A stretch of DNA of 64,000 bases from Spongospora subterranea f. sp. subterranea (GCA_049724395.1 JAUGWO010000113.1:1-64000), one strand, 5' to 3'. Counted from the first letter of the stretch, positions 39,801 to 54,203 are shown. Made by a program: numbers and translations. Notes: generated from the sequence alone by a model not told the origin.

Positions 39801-42690
39801 ACCCATACAGTGAACTTCAGTGACGGCAAACAATTCCTCGTCGGGTACGACAGGACCAAGAATATTGGAACCTGGAACAGATTTATGATCAAGATAGCTA
39901 AGTGGAATATCGAAATCAGTCATGGAATACCTCCATTTAACAGTAAAACAATATTACCTATGCACACCAGGAGCATTTAAGGCTGCGCTCCAATCGACGA
40001 ATCGGATCAACGCATGTGGATGCTCACTGAGCACCAGGGCAACGAATAACGCACCAGGAAGAACAGCAACATCATTCGAGTAAAGAGCTTTGCCGGTAAC
40101 ATGCAATTCGCCTGCTAAGTGTGGCGTCGCTATACCAACAGAATGACTGAAAATGTGTTAGAAACAGGTATTGCTCAGACAAATATCTTATGTGCCTTTG
40201 CAAAGGGGGATCCAGACAGAAGTATTGCAGTCCCTTGGAAGGAGGACGAGTGAAACGATGCGATAATGATGAGGCATTCCCCCCTGATCCCAGCAACGTA
40301 GTGCATGAACTTGAACAATAACGAGAGGACCACTGTTCGTCGAAAATGGCCCATGCCTCCAGGGGCGTCATCAGACAAAGGCAAATCCAGCTGTACATAT
40401 TCCATCATGGCATCGAACAAACCCACGGAAAAAGTCTTTCCTCTCAAAAACATCGCTGTTCTCGGCGCTGACACTGTTGTAGGAGCCTAAAGCGAATGAT
40501 CGTGAGTGACGACAGCTCCTGAATTGTTATTTGCGTCTGGTGATTATACCATTCCTCCAAACGAAAACATGGCTTCGGTAATGCAGTTTGTTCGCACATC
40601 TTTCTGAATCTGCATGCCAGAGCACACAATGGCAATATCGTCATCACGTCGCCGTGAAACCTTGTACGCTCGACAATATGTGCCTGTTGATACAAGTCAG
40701 TGGCAAGATATATTGACAACCGTTAGATATCGTACCTGGGATAGAAAACTGTATCAATACTGAAATTAGAACCTCATCTTCACGGCAGTCAACAACTCGA
40801 TAAGACTTAAACAATTTGGTAGCTGAAAGATTTCTAATGCCACCCCCGTGCGACTCGAATTGTAATACTGAGCCGAAACAGACATGAAGTGGGTTTAAGT
40901 CCGATATTGGCGAAGCCTTGTGGAAGTTGATGTTTAGACTAGAAAAATGAAGCAACGTTGAATATTACTGTCATCAAATTCCCCCCGACAGTACCAACGT
41001 TGCGGACAGAACGCCCTGATAGGGACAGAGGTAAAAAAAGTGAATATAGAAAATCAAGTCAGTCACTTGAAATGAATATCACCTGCAAACCATCGAATTT
41101 GTTCAAGAAACTCGACAAAATACAGCGTCAATTGAGGATCCAGAGTTTCGACAGCTCGTTGAAGAGCGGCTTTTAACTGAGATATCGTAACAGCAGATCC
41201 GACCAAAAGCCCTTTCTCGCAAATCTTGGTTTGGGTTAGTTCGGGGACATGAGTTGTGGCGATGCATCGTGTGAATTGCGCGTTTTTGGCATAGCGTTCA
41301 ATGCCTCTAGTGCGACGCATGTTCAGAGCGCAGACAGGGCATGTTTTGATGGAAGAATGGCAATTACAGTTCCGTAAATCCAACTGCAATCTTGCATTTC
41401 GTGCGATATTTATCTTTGAGATGGAGTAACTCTTTCAGTGTTACAGGTCGAAACCATAGTTTCTCGTCGTCGCCATCTCCCACAACGATGGTACGGGGTG
41501 TCGAATGGCGCAATTCGTCCGGAAACATGACCTTGTCAAAGGTGTCGACGCCAACTTCTCCAGCTCGATATTCGCATTTTTCTGAAGACAACTGATGAGT
41601 AATTACGGCATCACCAAAATAATTGATACTTGTAATATCTTCAATATCTTCTAGATTTGCTTTCGAATGACAGTTTGACTGGGAACACAGAGGCCGGATT
41701 GCATCTTCAAATGAGTTAGCAAATTCAATGACCCAAAACGCACTTGTAGAAACTTTACCGACAATCGGACGATATCCAGTACATCGACAAAGAGATCCAT
41801 CCAGTGCCTCTTCTAACGCATCCTCATTAAGCACATTTTGGTTTTGCATAAGGCTATACACGCTCATAACGACTATAATATCGCAACTGAACACCAAACC
41901 GGGAATTATGCAACATAGCCTTACTCCCTGGAGTACAGAAACCGCACTGCGGAGAACAAACAATTGTCATACATGCGGAAGAACAAACGGAAATAAATCA
42001 AAATCCGTCAAAACAACAATTGGAGAAAAATTTTCTTCTCTGACTTCGAGTTTACCTGGGATCCGTTTGAATCAACAATCCGCTGTTGCAATGGAATAAG
42101 CCTTCCGTTCCTTGACACGCCTAATAGGCATGTTAAGTATTTAACGAAACCACAAAAAAGACCAAAAGAAACCTTCGATTGTGGTTACAGATTTGTCCGC
42201 GATTGAGCAGAGCGGCGCTATGCACGCATTTACAGAATTGTGAACAATCGTGCTTGTGTTGTGATCGTAATGCGACACAAGAACTATTTGCTAAATGAAA
42301 ATGTGGTGCCACTTCTACAAAAGGAGACACACCTGTGCAAGCACCACAACTAAAAAGTGATATAAAGTAAAAATTACATTAATATTTCAACGATGCAATT
42401 CGACCTCGCTTCATGACAAGCAAGTTTGGACCCGGTTAACCGGAGTTGATGTCGAAGGAATTCGAGGACGGTAATGGTAGTGTCAACCGAATCATCATCA
42501 AGCTCGATTCGCTTTCCATTCACATATAAGAGCATTTCGAGGGAAAATTTCTTGTTCCACTTCTCGACAGTATTTTCTTGGATCTCCTGTCGCTAAATAG
42601 ACAGTATTTATCGAAAAGATTGCTGAACGAAATGACCGCGGATAAATTTAGGCATCGGCTGCACTGGACCTCTTCCATATTAAGTGCCAT
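36847..42690 (-). CDS. XDH: Xanthine dehydrogenase/oxidase
   Basis: 2Fe-2S motifs (LTGSKLAC...[23 protein letters not shown]); FAD region ([20 protein letters not shown]); Moco motifs [31 protein letters not shown] and [12 protein letters not shown]. Many introns. Confidence 0.97.
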
Positions 42691-43523
42691 ACTATAACTG
42701 TAGTGGACTACGTGGCCAGTGCCAGCGGACTCAGACAAGCTCCATTGGATTTGGATGGAGTTCCTTGTATAATTTGGGTATTCTCCTGAGCAACTGTAGT
42801 GAAAATGTGTTGAATGAATCAGATCCAGCTGTACACCAACAACCACTGTTTACCTTGGACCCTTTTAAGTCGAAATTGACAATGAAACAAAGTAGACCTC
42901 CCTTAAGGTCAAAAAGCGTTGCTAATCAAAAAGACCTTGTTCGTCAGATCATCGTGACACTACGGTTTTTGACAAGATTTATGTGAGATCCATTCACATA
43001 ATGTATGGATGAAACCATGGACATGCAAGGAATGACAAGAATTGTCGCGTTTGATTTTGAATCAAAGTTTCGGGAACGCAAAGGCGGTCAATCGACTGCT
43101 GTCTTAGATTTTCGCGTGAACAGGTGGAAACCCTTTGGTCGGTGCCGGTACTTGCAATTCGTCGTATGAAGTGTAGGCATCATTCCCAACCATCTGTTTG
43201 AATTGGCGCTCGACACAGTACATATGTTTTTCTTAATGCTAATTTTAACCCTTTGCGGCAACCTCCAAATGCGATGCCGGGACGCAATCACGACAGATCA
43301 CTGACGGCGAGGACAAGCCGGAGCGAAGATTGGCAACAAAATCACGTAAGACGGAGTGGCAGGACTCCTTCCTGGATTCATCTACGGCTATACTGGTGTA
43401 AAACGGGTTCATGTTGATTACGAATCAAGCTGGACATCATGTTTCGCAACAGATGACACAACTCACATTACTGTTCGTGACAACATAAACATCACCATGA
43501 ATACACGTTTCTGTTTATTAAGA

Positions 43524-44801
43524 CTATCTTCTGACTTCGTCGCGAGAATGCCTTCTGCTAACGGCAACCGGTCCATATTTTCGGTTGACTGGGCTGCGGC
43601 TTCTTGAACTGGGATGTCTTCGTTGTGCTTCTCGGCGCCTTTCAACGACACGACTTCTTGCCCATTCCAACTGCGACCCAGACCACCTCGTTGATGGTCG
43701 ATCAGCGTGAACGCGATGCAAATGAGGATCACCACGACTTTTTACTGATGCGGTGCGATTGCCGATACGCCCAGATACAAATTGGTTGTTGTCAACGGGA
43801 ACGGAGTTTGTAGAGTCAAATTTTGCAACAGTTTTCACAGGGACTTCTTCCGATAATCTGGAAGGGCTCATCTCTACAAAAGTTTGATGTGGAGGCAATA
43901 TTGGAGTCATAGTTTTAACTGGAGACACTGCAATCACAGAACGAGTTGGCGAAAATAATGGTTTCATTGTCTCAGGTGACAATGGCTTGACCGGTACACC
44001 GATTGGAGACCCGGGCCTAACCGTTTGCTCCTGGGTTTTGCCCTGTAGATATTCATTTAGAGCCTTTTTGATACCGATATTGGGCTTCAACGCTTCAATC
44101 TCAATGCCAGCGTGACAGCAGAAAGGGCAGGCTAACTGTGGAACTGGCAAGCAACGCTTGGCGTAAACAGGACGAGCAATACGTTGTGTAGCAACACGGA
44201 GTGACGCAGGGATCTGTAAACAAATTCCGGCACAGTTTGCAAGTCAATCTAGGAGGCGTACTGCACTCGATCGTTGGTACAACAAACTCGCAATCCTTTT
44301 CAAGATGGTCCGATCGTTTACAGCCACGACAAGTGACATTGGCAAGTTGTCGCGGTTGCGCCGCTGAAGGCATTGCAGTCTGACTAATCACATCCAATGG
44401 TTGACGATGTTCATCCGCTGTGTCTATGGAAAATGCGAATGGATCGACCGTTTTTGTGGTGGTGTTTACTACTTCAGGTGTCTGCAATATTCGTACGTTC
44501 GTCGCGTGTGTTGCCGGCACCCGCTTCACCTCAACTGATGTATTTTTTGGAATCAAAAAATTATCTGCTGTATACCCTGATAAGCAACAGTCAGTCAATA
44601 CAGGGAATCGACAACTTTTTTATGCATACGTTCATGAGTTTGCGCGTTTGTAATTATAAAATCGAAGTCACGATTATTAGGATCTGTTTTCTCTTGCAAT
44701 ACGATGGCTCGTTTTAGGTCGTTTAGTGATATAACAGCTGAATCAAAGTTGACAGTTCCCCACTTCTTGGAAACGGATCTAAACTTGTAGTGAACGCTCA
44801 T
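43524..44801 (-). CDS. RBBP6: RBBP6/Mpe1-like protein (DWNN ubiquitin-like domain, zinc knuckle, RING)
   Basis: MSVHYKFRS...IPKNTSVEVKRVP, CRGCKRSDHLEKDC, LTCKLCRNLFTDPCVTPCCYTTYCSSCLR...ACPFC, RS-rich tail. Confidence 0.92.
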
Positions 44802-45580
44802 TGCTTGTAACTGGTCTAGAATGAATCTGCTCTGTTTGAACTAATTCTGTGATGCACAATCAATTGCCTATAATGGCTCAACCGCAGCGAAAGCCTTACC
44901 AAGACAAGGCCCCGAGGAGGATCTTCGCGACCGCAAACGTCCTTTAACCAAACAGCCAACTCGCAAGATAGATTGAATAAAGTCCGAGCGATCCATGGGT
45001 ACACCTACTCTACTGGAGGTGAGTCAACATCTGGGCAACCAGTCATTCATTCCCTATGATTGACCTGGATTGAAGAGGCCACGTGCCAATGGTCGACATA
45101 AACTCGAAGGTTCTCGAAGCATATTTCTGAAATTTTAGTTAGGATGCATAAAAAATGAATAGGGACAAATTTTACGTTGTCAAATTTTCAAGAAACTATG
45201 CCTATATCTCCTTATTTTCTAAAAAAAGCCAATGATGCGATGCCATTTTTCCATCGTTAACCCTTTGGCGTTCGGAAATATTTCTGAGATACGATCGCAC
45301 GAGACAAGTTGGTCAACAGGCGATATCTGGATGAAGAGTGAAAATCGCAATATAAAAACACAAGCTTCGCGATTTTCACTTGTGATTATGGTTTTCATGA
45401 ACATTTCAGACAATTTAAAATTTATACAAGCCATGTACAGAATCTTTGGTACTAAAACGATCGCATTAACTGTACTAAAATTCCTTTAGAGCCCGTTTGG
45501 CAGTCTCACTGTGGTGTTAGCGATCCCGACTTTTGTAATCTATCTCCGATCTAAAATAAACAGCGCTTAGGTTCTCTGCG

Positions 45581-46520
45581 TCAACCAACGCTTGCGGAAC
45601 CTGCATAAGCTGAAGTCACGAAACCCTTGCACGAATATGTGATGGGGCGTAAATCTAAAGGCAGATCATCAAACGATCTGCAACATTTGCAGCAACGCGG
45701 GTAGATCGCTGACAGTGAAAAGCCACAATGCCCGGGCAACGGAAAAGATTGCAAGTAACAAATTTTTGAATTGCCCACCGCCATCAGACAAACAATTATC
45801 ATAGCAGCGAAACAGAATTAGGGATAGCACATGATGCACCCGAGCTAATGCCAACAGTTTTGCAACAATCTGGCTCGCTTTAAGCTTTGACTTGCGAGGA
45901 CGCAACCCATCGGATTCAAAATACAAAACTCACAACATGCTAAGCTGTGTGATTAGGCTCCTATCGCTGCTTGGATTGCGATCATATATAATTTTCTTTA
46001 CTCTACAAATCACGTTTATTATAAATCTTGACGACATTCTGTCCACCCTCGTGTCACAATCGGCTTGACTACTAAGCAAGTACAATTCCAAACTTTGGCA
46101 ATGGGTTAGATAAATCGAAACGCTGATATTCTTCAGTAGTATGAGTTAAGAAAACGCAAACAGTCAGTTCATCGACAAGTGCAAGCATTCAACTTTACGA
46201 CGATCGTACGCACAGTGGCAGTCGGGAGGTGCATGAAAACGCCAACGCTGTCAATGATGCCCAAGAATATCGTACATATGGCAATCTCGACGATAATGAT
46301 GGCAGTTATTGACGGTGATCGGCGCGGTTGGCATCGATAAAAATAAAGCGCGACGCGCTCTGGACAAAGCTTTGCAATAGGCCATCATGGTCATAAGGAA
46401 TGCAGCGAATCATGGTCTGTTGTGATTCCAACATTTTACCTCGCATACAATCACACCTTGAAAGGTATAAGACTGTATTTTGAGGCGTGTCAGTTCAGGA
46501 AACGTGACCGGTGGACAAAA
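45581..46520 (-). CDS. Probable spliced hypothetical membrane protein
   Basis: GT-AG-bounded open segments including hydrophobic ITAIIIVEIAICTIFLGIIDSVGVF. No recognised family; ends uncertain. Confidence 0.3.
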
Positions 46521-47127
46521 GAAGCAGAATGTTTCTGGAAACTATGGCAGCCAACAGTATGGTTCTGGCTTGCGGTTTGAAAATATTCGTATAAATTTTG
46601 AGGACAAAAAGAGCATCGAATCAGTGGGAAGTGTGGAAACCTCATTTTCTTTGGGGTTTCTTTCAATTACGCTGGTTTTATGCTGATAAATGTTCGCCCA
46701 TAAAAAAAACAATTCTATCAGGCCGAAACTCGTCAAACATCATGAATGCAAGTTAAACTCGGAAAAATTTTTAAGCGAATCTAGACGGTTCATCAGGTTC
46801 GTGACTTGAGCTCCCCAAGGAATCGGACTCGCATTAGGGCCGAGGGTTCACAGTTGAACTTCTGTGCACAAAGACCAGATTCCGCTGAATTCCATTCTCA
46901 AGAGCAAGAAAAATTGGTATTCAGCAGTGAAAACGATGCTGAAACAAAACAAACAGGAACCCGTGGATGACATGTTTACCGATGTAACGTTCCAACATCT
47001 TTCGACAAACTCAATATGATCGAATGCAGTCTGCAATTTTCGTCGCGAAAAGCCGCGTAGTCCTAACGCAGAACGACGACTGAACGCTAAAGAAGATATG
47101 CTTTGCGATGTATTTGGTTTAGGTCGA

Positions 47128-50100
47128 TCACGGGAACACAGTTTCCTGTACTTCCAGGGGTTCTTCCACAGGAATTTCTGTGACCTCGTAGTCAGCATCA
47201 TCATCGCTGGGAACACCACCGCGAAGGAGCTGACGCTCGGCCGCCTCTTCTCGAACTCGGGCCTCGCATTGTGCCCGGTACTCTCGAAACATCTACGTGA
47301 TTGGTAATTTAGACGGAAGATAGATCGGATTCAAAACATGCAAAAGCAAACGAAGGAGACGATGAATTAGACAAACAAACGAATTTGCACCCATCACAAA
47401 ATGCAAAACTTCGAAAAACAAAACCCAAGGTAGGCGGAATAAGCTTGAATAGAAAAAGAGGAAAATATATATTGAAGTGTAAACAAACTTGACAAAGAAC
47501 AAAGGTCAGAAAAATGGACAGATGGTTACCTTCTTGGCATCAGTTCGAGACCGAGCCTCACTGGACAGTTGGCTCTGCCTGATGGCATCATCCTCATCGT
47601 CAAATTTCTTATAGTAGACCTCACGAATCGAGTTGCGAATTTCGTGGATCTGCTCTTTACTGAGTAGCGTAGCAGGGCGAGGGCGCCACGCGAATTGATA
47701 GAATTGCTCTAGCGGCGCCTCTGCCTTCAATTGACCTTGCACAGTCCAAATTTTGTATCCTGACGCAAAAGAGCCTTTAGCATAGCCAGAACATTATGCT
47801 GATTTGAGAAACGATGGCAAATGGCAATGAACAAGCAAAATCAAACTAACAGCGATAACGAATCAACTAATCATAAAAGGAATTACACCGAACAAGACAC
47901 AGTAGAAAATTGAGACCGGTAAAGATAAGTCAATGTAATGCGACAAACGAAAGCGGAGAAAAATAAAAGAATAAAAGATATTGACCATTCTCATTAGCAA
48001 AACGCCAGGCTTCCCTGGTGTGAATAGGTTGCGTGACAGCAGTGGCCACATAGACCCCGGACGGTGACCAGGTGATCTCATTGCACATGAAATGCTCGTT
48101 GACAGCGAGGGAACATTTACGATTGACATCGTAGAACTCAAGAACTCCGTTCATTTGACCTATTTAACATCGTTAACTCGTTGAGAAGCCCGCAGCAACC
48201 ACGGGGAGTGCGAAGACACGCCGGAAAACTCATACCTAGACCTGCCAGTATGATGTAGCTACCGGTGGGCGACCAAATCAGCTGGTTGACAGGGCGTGTC
48301 TCGGATAGCGTCACTTCCAATTTGATCTTGGACTTCTTAACCGAATAAAACGAAACGCTGTATTTGTTGGCGAAACCTTCACCGTGTACAACGGCAAATC
48401 TTGGTCCCCGCGGCTCCCAGGCAAATGAGCTAATCGGATCCTATAGTTCACATTCGCATTTCAGCAAACATTTGCCATCTCAACGATGTAGCACAAAACA
48501 ACAAAGGAACCTTGAACTCAACAACTTCGACTGGAATATCTTTCTCCATTAGGCGAAATATTTCAAGGTTAGTTGATGCGATCTTGTGGGCTTTGCCCTT
48601 GGTTTTGGATTTTAATCGGGCAACACGAACGCACAGAAATTCGCCGCCCGACTGCCAGTGAAGATTCACACTGTAAACATTAAACAAGTGCTTTTCACCT
48701 AACATAATAAACAACACAATACTCAAAACATGGATGAATTACAGTTGGTGATAGTATACGAGAACTGAGTTTGACCTCATGCAGTAACTGCAGAAAAAAC
48801 TGAATAACCAGAACCAACCAACTGATTCATTCAAAAAAAAAACGTGCCAAGAAACAAAGGAGAGATCATACGGAGAGTGACTCTGTCAGGAATGGACACC
48901 AATGAAACGGATGCGGGATTATTGTCCATTTCTGGAGACCTATTTAGCAAAAATTACTTTGAAAGTCATGCAGCATATTGTATAAAGTAAGAATACCAGT
49001 ATGAAATGACGTTTTGTGATGGCGACCATTCGAACTCCATCGCGAACTCAGTTTTGAGCGATTTACCGTCCAGCAACTTCATGGTCGACGTCTGAAACCA
49101 GAAAACTTAAACTGCATCAAGTACTACAATGTACCAATTTCACCTCGTAGATTAAAACCTCATTGGAACCAAGTCGCGCGAAATACTTGCCATCAAAGCT
49201 CCACTTGAAAATAGGCCAAGTCACCGGTTTAGCCTGAGCAAGGCGAACGTTGAGGCAACAAACCAGACACACATGGAGGAACGGACCGCATCGGATGAAA
49301 CGCCAGAGAAACCACGCAATAGCTTTCCGGAGCGAACGTCAAAGATCTAGAAACAATGCGTGGGGTCAGGGTTCATGCAGTATGGTATGGTTCTTGCGAT
49401 GACAAGATTTTGCCGGGTTTTGCAAGAGTTGTTGTAAACTATGAAATATGGTAGGTTCTTGAGGAACCGTGGCAAAAAAATACTAAAAACGGCTTCCAAA
49501 TGTTTTTAAAGAACAATATTGACGATAGGTTTTGATACCTGGATTGAATCAGGATCACCACGATTTGAACTTTCAATGCCTGAGTATGTCACAATGTACT
49601 TCTCGCACGGAGAGAAATCGCACATACGAACACCGTCGTGTGATAATCGGCAGAGATTAGTCCAGTCTTTGCCACCCCACAGCATCAGACCTATGCGGGA
49701 CACAATAAATACCCAATTATGATAAACATAGCATCACCAGAAACACAAGCCGTTGGCAATCCCGGAAGTTTGTGCCAAATCCAATACAATATTTTGCCGG
49801 TACAAACCTTGGTCGTGGAAAGTGGTGAAATAAGAGCCAAGCGGAGACCACTGCACTTGAAGTTCGGTCCAATTCTTCCCTGACAGCTTCTGTTTTTCGC
49901 CGGAGTAGCATGGAGACATGCCTTCATTCATAAGGGGATCATGCCAGAATATCTACACAAACACCGATGAATACAGGAGTAAAAACTTCGAAAAACAGAA
50001 AAAATACAATCAACTTGTTTAAACTGGAACAAGTGCTTTGGTATTTAACAAATGACAAACCTGCGTCTCATCGGCGAATCTCAATACGAACTGGTCGCGG

Positions 50101-51071
50101 ACTGATTCGTCTTGAAGCCAGCTCTGCAAATCGTCGCCTTCAGTGAACTCGCTGCGCTCCGCCGATTTGTATTTTTCATCGTAATCGGCAATGCGGTCAA
50201 ATTCTCTGAGAAAGTTTGAATAACAAACGGTTCAAATTGACGTCCGTAACGCAAACGTGCTGAAAAAAAACTTGCAATAATACAGACAACAAAAAATTGA
50301 GTCAATCCGTGCGTTCTCATTGCTATAGATTTGAAAAAAATCGCCTCGAATATATTACCTCCATGGATATACCCGGAACGTATGCTTTTTATCAAGCGGA
50401 GCCCGATCAAGAGTAGCAATGGCGGAGAGCGCCGACTCCGCATCTTCATACTCGATGAACGCATAACCAGCTGTCTGCTGTGTAGCCTCATCTATAGGAA
50501 GATACATGCCATCTTCCGTAATCGTACCGAACCTAAGAAACGCGTTTAGATTGCAGCAAAACAGGCCGATACGAGAACAGCGGTTTGGAATTAAGATATA
50601 TATTATTTATCAAACACGTGGAATATTACAGTTCATAGAGGATTAAATGATTCACACATGATCAGCGAAAGTGGGAATCGAAAAATAATGTCATAACATA
50701 CACTTGGCAAACATAAAATGGACATTGTAGGACGAGTTAGATGATGATGTTTTGACACAAAACTTGAATTTTGGTTTCATAACTTATCCGCCAATGTAGA
50801 TGGTGTGAAAGGAAATGGATATACTCAGGTATTCATAAGAAAAAATCTTCAACAAAGCAAACACTAAAACTAATTGGCTGTATAGTGTGTGGAAATCACA
50901 TTACTTGGCAAACGATTTTTTGATCAGGCCGACAAGTTTCTCAAATTTAGCAATCGGAGCGATTGGCAAACCATCAACAACGATCACGTTATCGAATGAT
51001 GTATTTATATCGGCGGGGGCCTCAATACCGAAACGGTTCGACGCCGACTCGTTGGCGACGGCGGCGACCAT
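47128..51071 (-). CDS. EIF3B: Eukaryotic translation initiation factor 3 subunit B
   Basis: [13 protein letters not shown]...[69 protein letters not shown]; acidic C-terminus ending ETVFP*. Confidence 0.96.
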
Positions 51072-51761
51072 TGTTGTGCAGCAGTAGGATAATCGATTGA
51101 CAAGATCCCCTGACGGACTTTGAGCGTCCTTTTAAAAGTCCGCCGCGGACATACTTTTCTTATTTGCTAAAAGATTTTCGACCTGATAATGTCGCCATAT
51201 CTCTGGACCACTTGCCTCTTAAACAACCGTTTAGCGTTTTTACCAATATTTTGGACTGGTGTTGATTTTTTGCTGCAGCTGAACTGCAAATTTTTTACTG
51301 ACAACGAGCCCTTAGGAAATCTGCACCAGGCATTTGATACAAATGTGGTTTCTTACTGTCATGCAGTGAGACAGGATTTAGTTCAACTGAAGAACCAATG
51401 GCTTTCACCGATTTTGGGTTTCGCGTCACCGTTCTGTAATAAAAACAGGAAACATTACTGCGTCAATATCCACGACCGATCCGATTGTTTTTTTGCTGAG
51501 CTTAGGCCAACCTTATTTCGGTTTATCTCGATCGCCGGCCAAAATTCTACTATCGATTCGCAATCTGGAAAGGTATGCGATCGCATGTGTATATTTGTGA
51601 GAGATTATACTTACTGTACATGAGAATCATTATTGCATCACCGTGTTGAGTGCGGGCGCAACCTCTAACCGATTGTGTTTATTTAAACGAGGGCGATCCT
51701 GTGCTTCATATGTTAATGTCGTTGGTATCATGAGGCCATCGTGATTCCAAGGCGACACGGA

Positions 51762-52808
51762 ATGGATTCCAACTTATTCAACATTGAACCATTGCACGTT
51801 GCGATTGACGTTGGCCATGCAGTTCTCGATGGCCAAACTCTTGCCCTTCTCGTCACCGATTTTATCAAGTTTACTCTGTTCATGCGGGAACAAATTACAG
51901 CGTAAATATATTACTATACTTGTACTTTTTTCTGTGGTTTCCCGGCTCCTCGTTTAATTTTGTTTATTTGACATCTCACTCATATCGAATTCGGTTTCAA
52001 ACAACGTTGTGCGACTTTTGTGGTCTTATTGTTAAAACATGATTTGTGAACTAGGACAGCCCGTATGGCGAGATTAGTGCAGTTGTTTACAAAGAACTCC
52101 TTCGGCGTAGTCAAGGCGAAACTGGATGCAGATCGTCGCTCATGAATCGGCATATTAAGGTTTCATCATCATTCTTCCACTGGTGGAACTATAATTGATG
52201 TTCTCTGGTATCAGTTTATTTCAGAGTCAGAAGCATTGTTTGCGTCGTTGGTTACGCTTTTCAACGACATTCGAGTCTCTCGTCTTCAGATAATTCTTGG
52301 ATCTTCGCTGTCTTCTTTCACGGAAGCGTTTGACATCGAATTTCCGAGATGTCGTGTTCCTGGTATAAATGGCGGAACCATGAATAATAAGGTCTCTGCG
52401 ATTTTTAATTGTACTTTGTTCCTCTGCCTTTTACGGCTCCATTCTCTTTGGAGTGTATGACGTTTCTAAAGTGGTTGTTGTTAGGAATCTGATGCAGTAT
52501 CAAGGTTATTTCTTCGTCAACTCATCAATAGATTTGCCGATACGTATCCTTCTAATTCAATCCGTTGCACCCTTTTCGTTTTGGCTCTGTGCGATCGCGA
52601 CCATTGTCCGAAAGATTTCTCTCCCAGACATAACATCTGCGTCCGACCGAAAAAGAATGCTACTTGCGCTCACATCAAATTTTCCGGATTGGATATTGTT
52701 ACGCAAACCGACAGCCAAGATGCGAACCCTATGGACATTTCGTCCGATTTACTGTGGTTTCAAAGCGACGTTTCAGTTGGTAGTTTACGCGGTGTTAAAA
52801 TACCGTGA
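51762..52808 (+). CDS. MAD2L1BP: p31comet / MAD2L1-binding protein-like (HORMA family)
   Basis: Spliced translation gives FIKFTLFMREQITAPY, LQIILGSSLSSFTEAFDIEF, DFSPRHNI and DLLWFQSDVSV, in the order of the conserved p31comet blocks. Confidence 0.72.
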
Positions 52809-52945
52809 ATCATAAAAATGTGAAAACAGTTCAGTCCGCACTCGAGCGTAGGTACTCTGTAGTGGCAATAAATTGCGGCTCCGGTACAGTGTTTGATACC
52901 CCGTTCTGCGCGAGAGGTCGTTCAAATCAAACTTATAATTACTGC

Positions 52946-54104
52946 ATGATCATGGTTTCCGATGTTCCAGGTGAACGTTCAGAATCCACCAATGACGACT
53001 TGGTCAACAGAATATCTGAAAGGGTCTGTATTGGTGAATTCCTGATCGCTTGCAACACTGCTCATGGTTTGGTGCAGTTAGTTCAAGGCTGGACAATGTT
53101 GGCCCGTCACTGCCCGGTCTGCACGACCGTCTTGGTTGGCCATCGTTCGCATGGAATTTTCTGCGTCGGATGTCAGCTTCCTTGCGTCACGGAGGAAGAT
53201 GCGTCGGCGATGCAGCTTGAAGTTGCTCCGTCACAAATCCCACAAGAAACCGTAACGGATGACGATGACGATTGGCAGCCTCCGAGCGCCGAAGAGCAAC
53301 GCATTATGGATGAACGGAGAGCTCATCGGGATCGAGTTTCGGATCTTATGGCCAGTAAACTCTTGGCTGGGTGGGCTATGCTCAATGAGCATTGTGAAAC
53401 ATGTGTAAGCGGGATCAACTTGTTGACGGAAAAAAGTTAATTGCTTCTAGGCGACCCCTTTATTGAGAGATCCCTCTCAACGTCTGTTCTTGTGTCGCCT
53501 GCGATGCCTATTCAGATGAAATCAGGGCGAGCCCATCCGCCGTCGGAGAAGGCAACGCATCTGCTGTGGAACCGGCTCTGCACACCCGCCCTCCAGTCAC
53601 CGCGACGTCGTCTCTGATTGAGGCCGATGATGCTGCCAGTTCTCAGCAGCATTTCGAGCTTGTTGATGGCAAACCGTTGCTGTTCGAGCTCGGAGCGCAG
53701 ATGAAAGCCAACCTTGATCAAGGCTGGTCAATAGGATCCAACGCTCCCAAGTGCAATCTCTGCGTAAACTGTTCGTTTTCAGAATTGTGTCCACTCTCAT
53801 GTTTTTTTAGTCATTGCCGTTCTTCGTTGACCCGTTGCAACGCTTATGCTGTGTTTTCTGCAACTATTATTCTCCAAACACAAAAGCGGATCAGGAGACG
53901 ACCCAGTTACCTCTATCGATGTCAGCGTCTACGTTGTCTTTAACAACTTCGTTGAACAACTCCAAAGTCGCCTTGCTGACAAAATTGGATCTATTGACTG
54001 TTGAATTAACTGCTGCTGCCGACTCTTGCTCAATATCCCGCTTGGCAAATACGATCGATGTAGTTGCTCGAGCCATCAAATCGGTTTCCGAGTGTTCTGT
54101 CTGA
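52946..54104 (+). CDS. SSSCA1/ZNRD2-like protein with three zinc-ribbon (autoantigen p27) repeats
   Basis: LVQGWTMLARHCPVC..FCVGC, LLAGWAMLNEHCETC|ATPLLRD..FCVAC and LDQGWSIG...CCVFC, plus a helical C-terminus. One +1 indel at 53490. Confidence 0.85.
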
Positions 54105-54203
54105 CTGCTGCTGATTCTACTGTAGTATATTCCTGATTAAACTCTTTCTATTCTCAACCTTTATTTTATTCTCAATATTCTGCATTTCTGTCATCGCCTC
54201 GAA

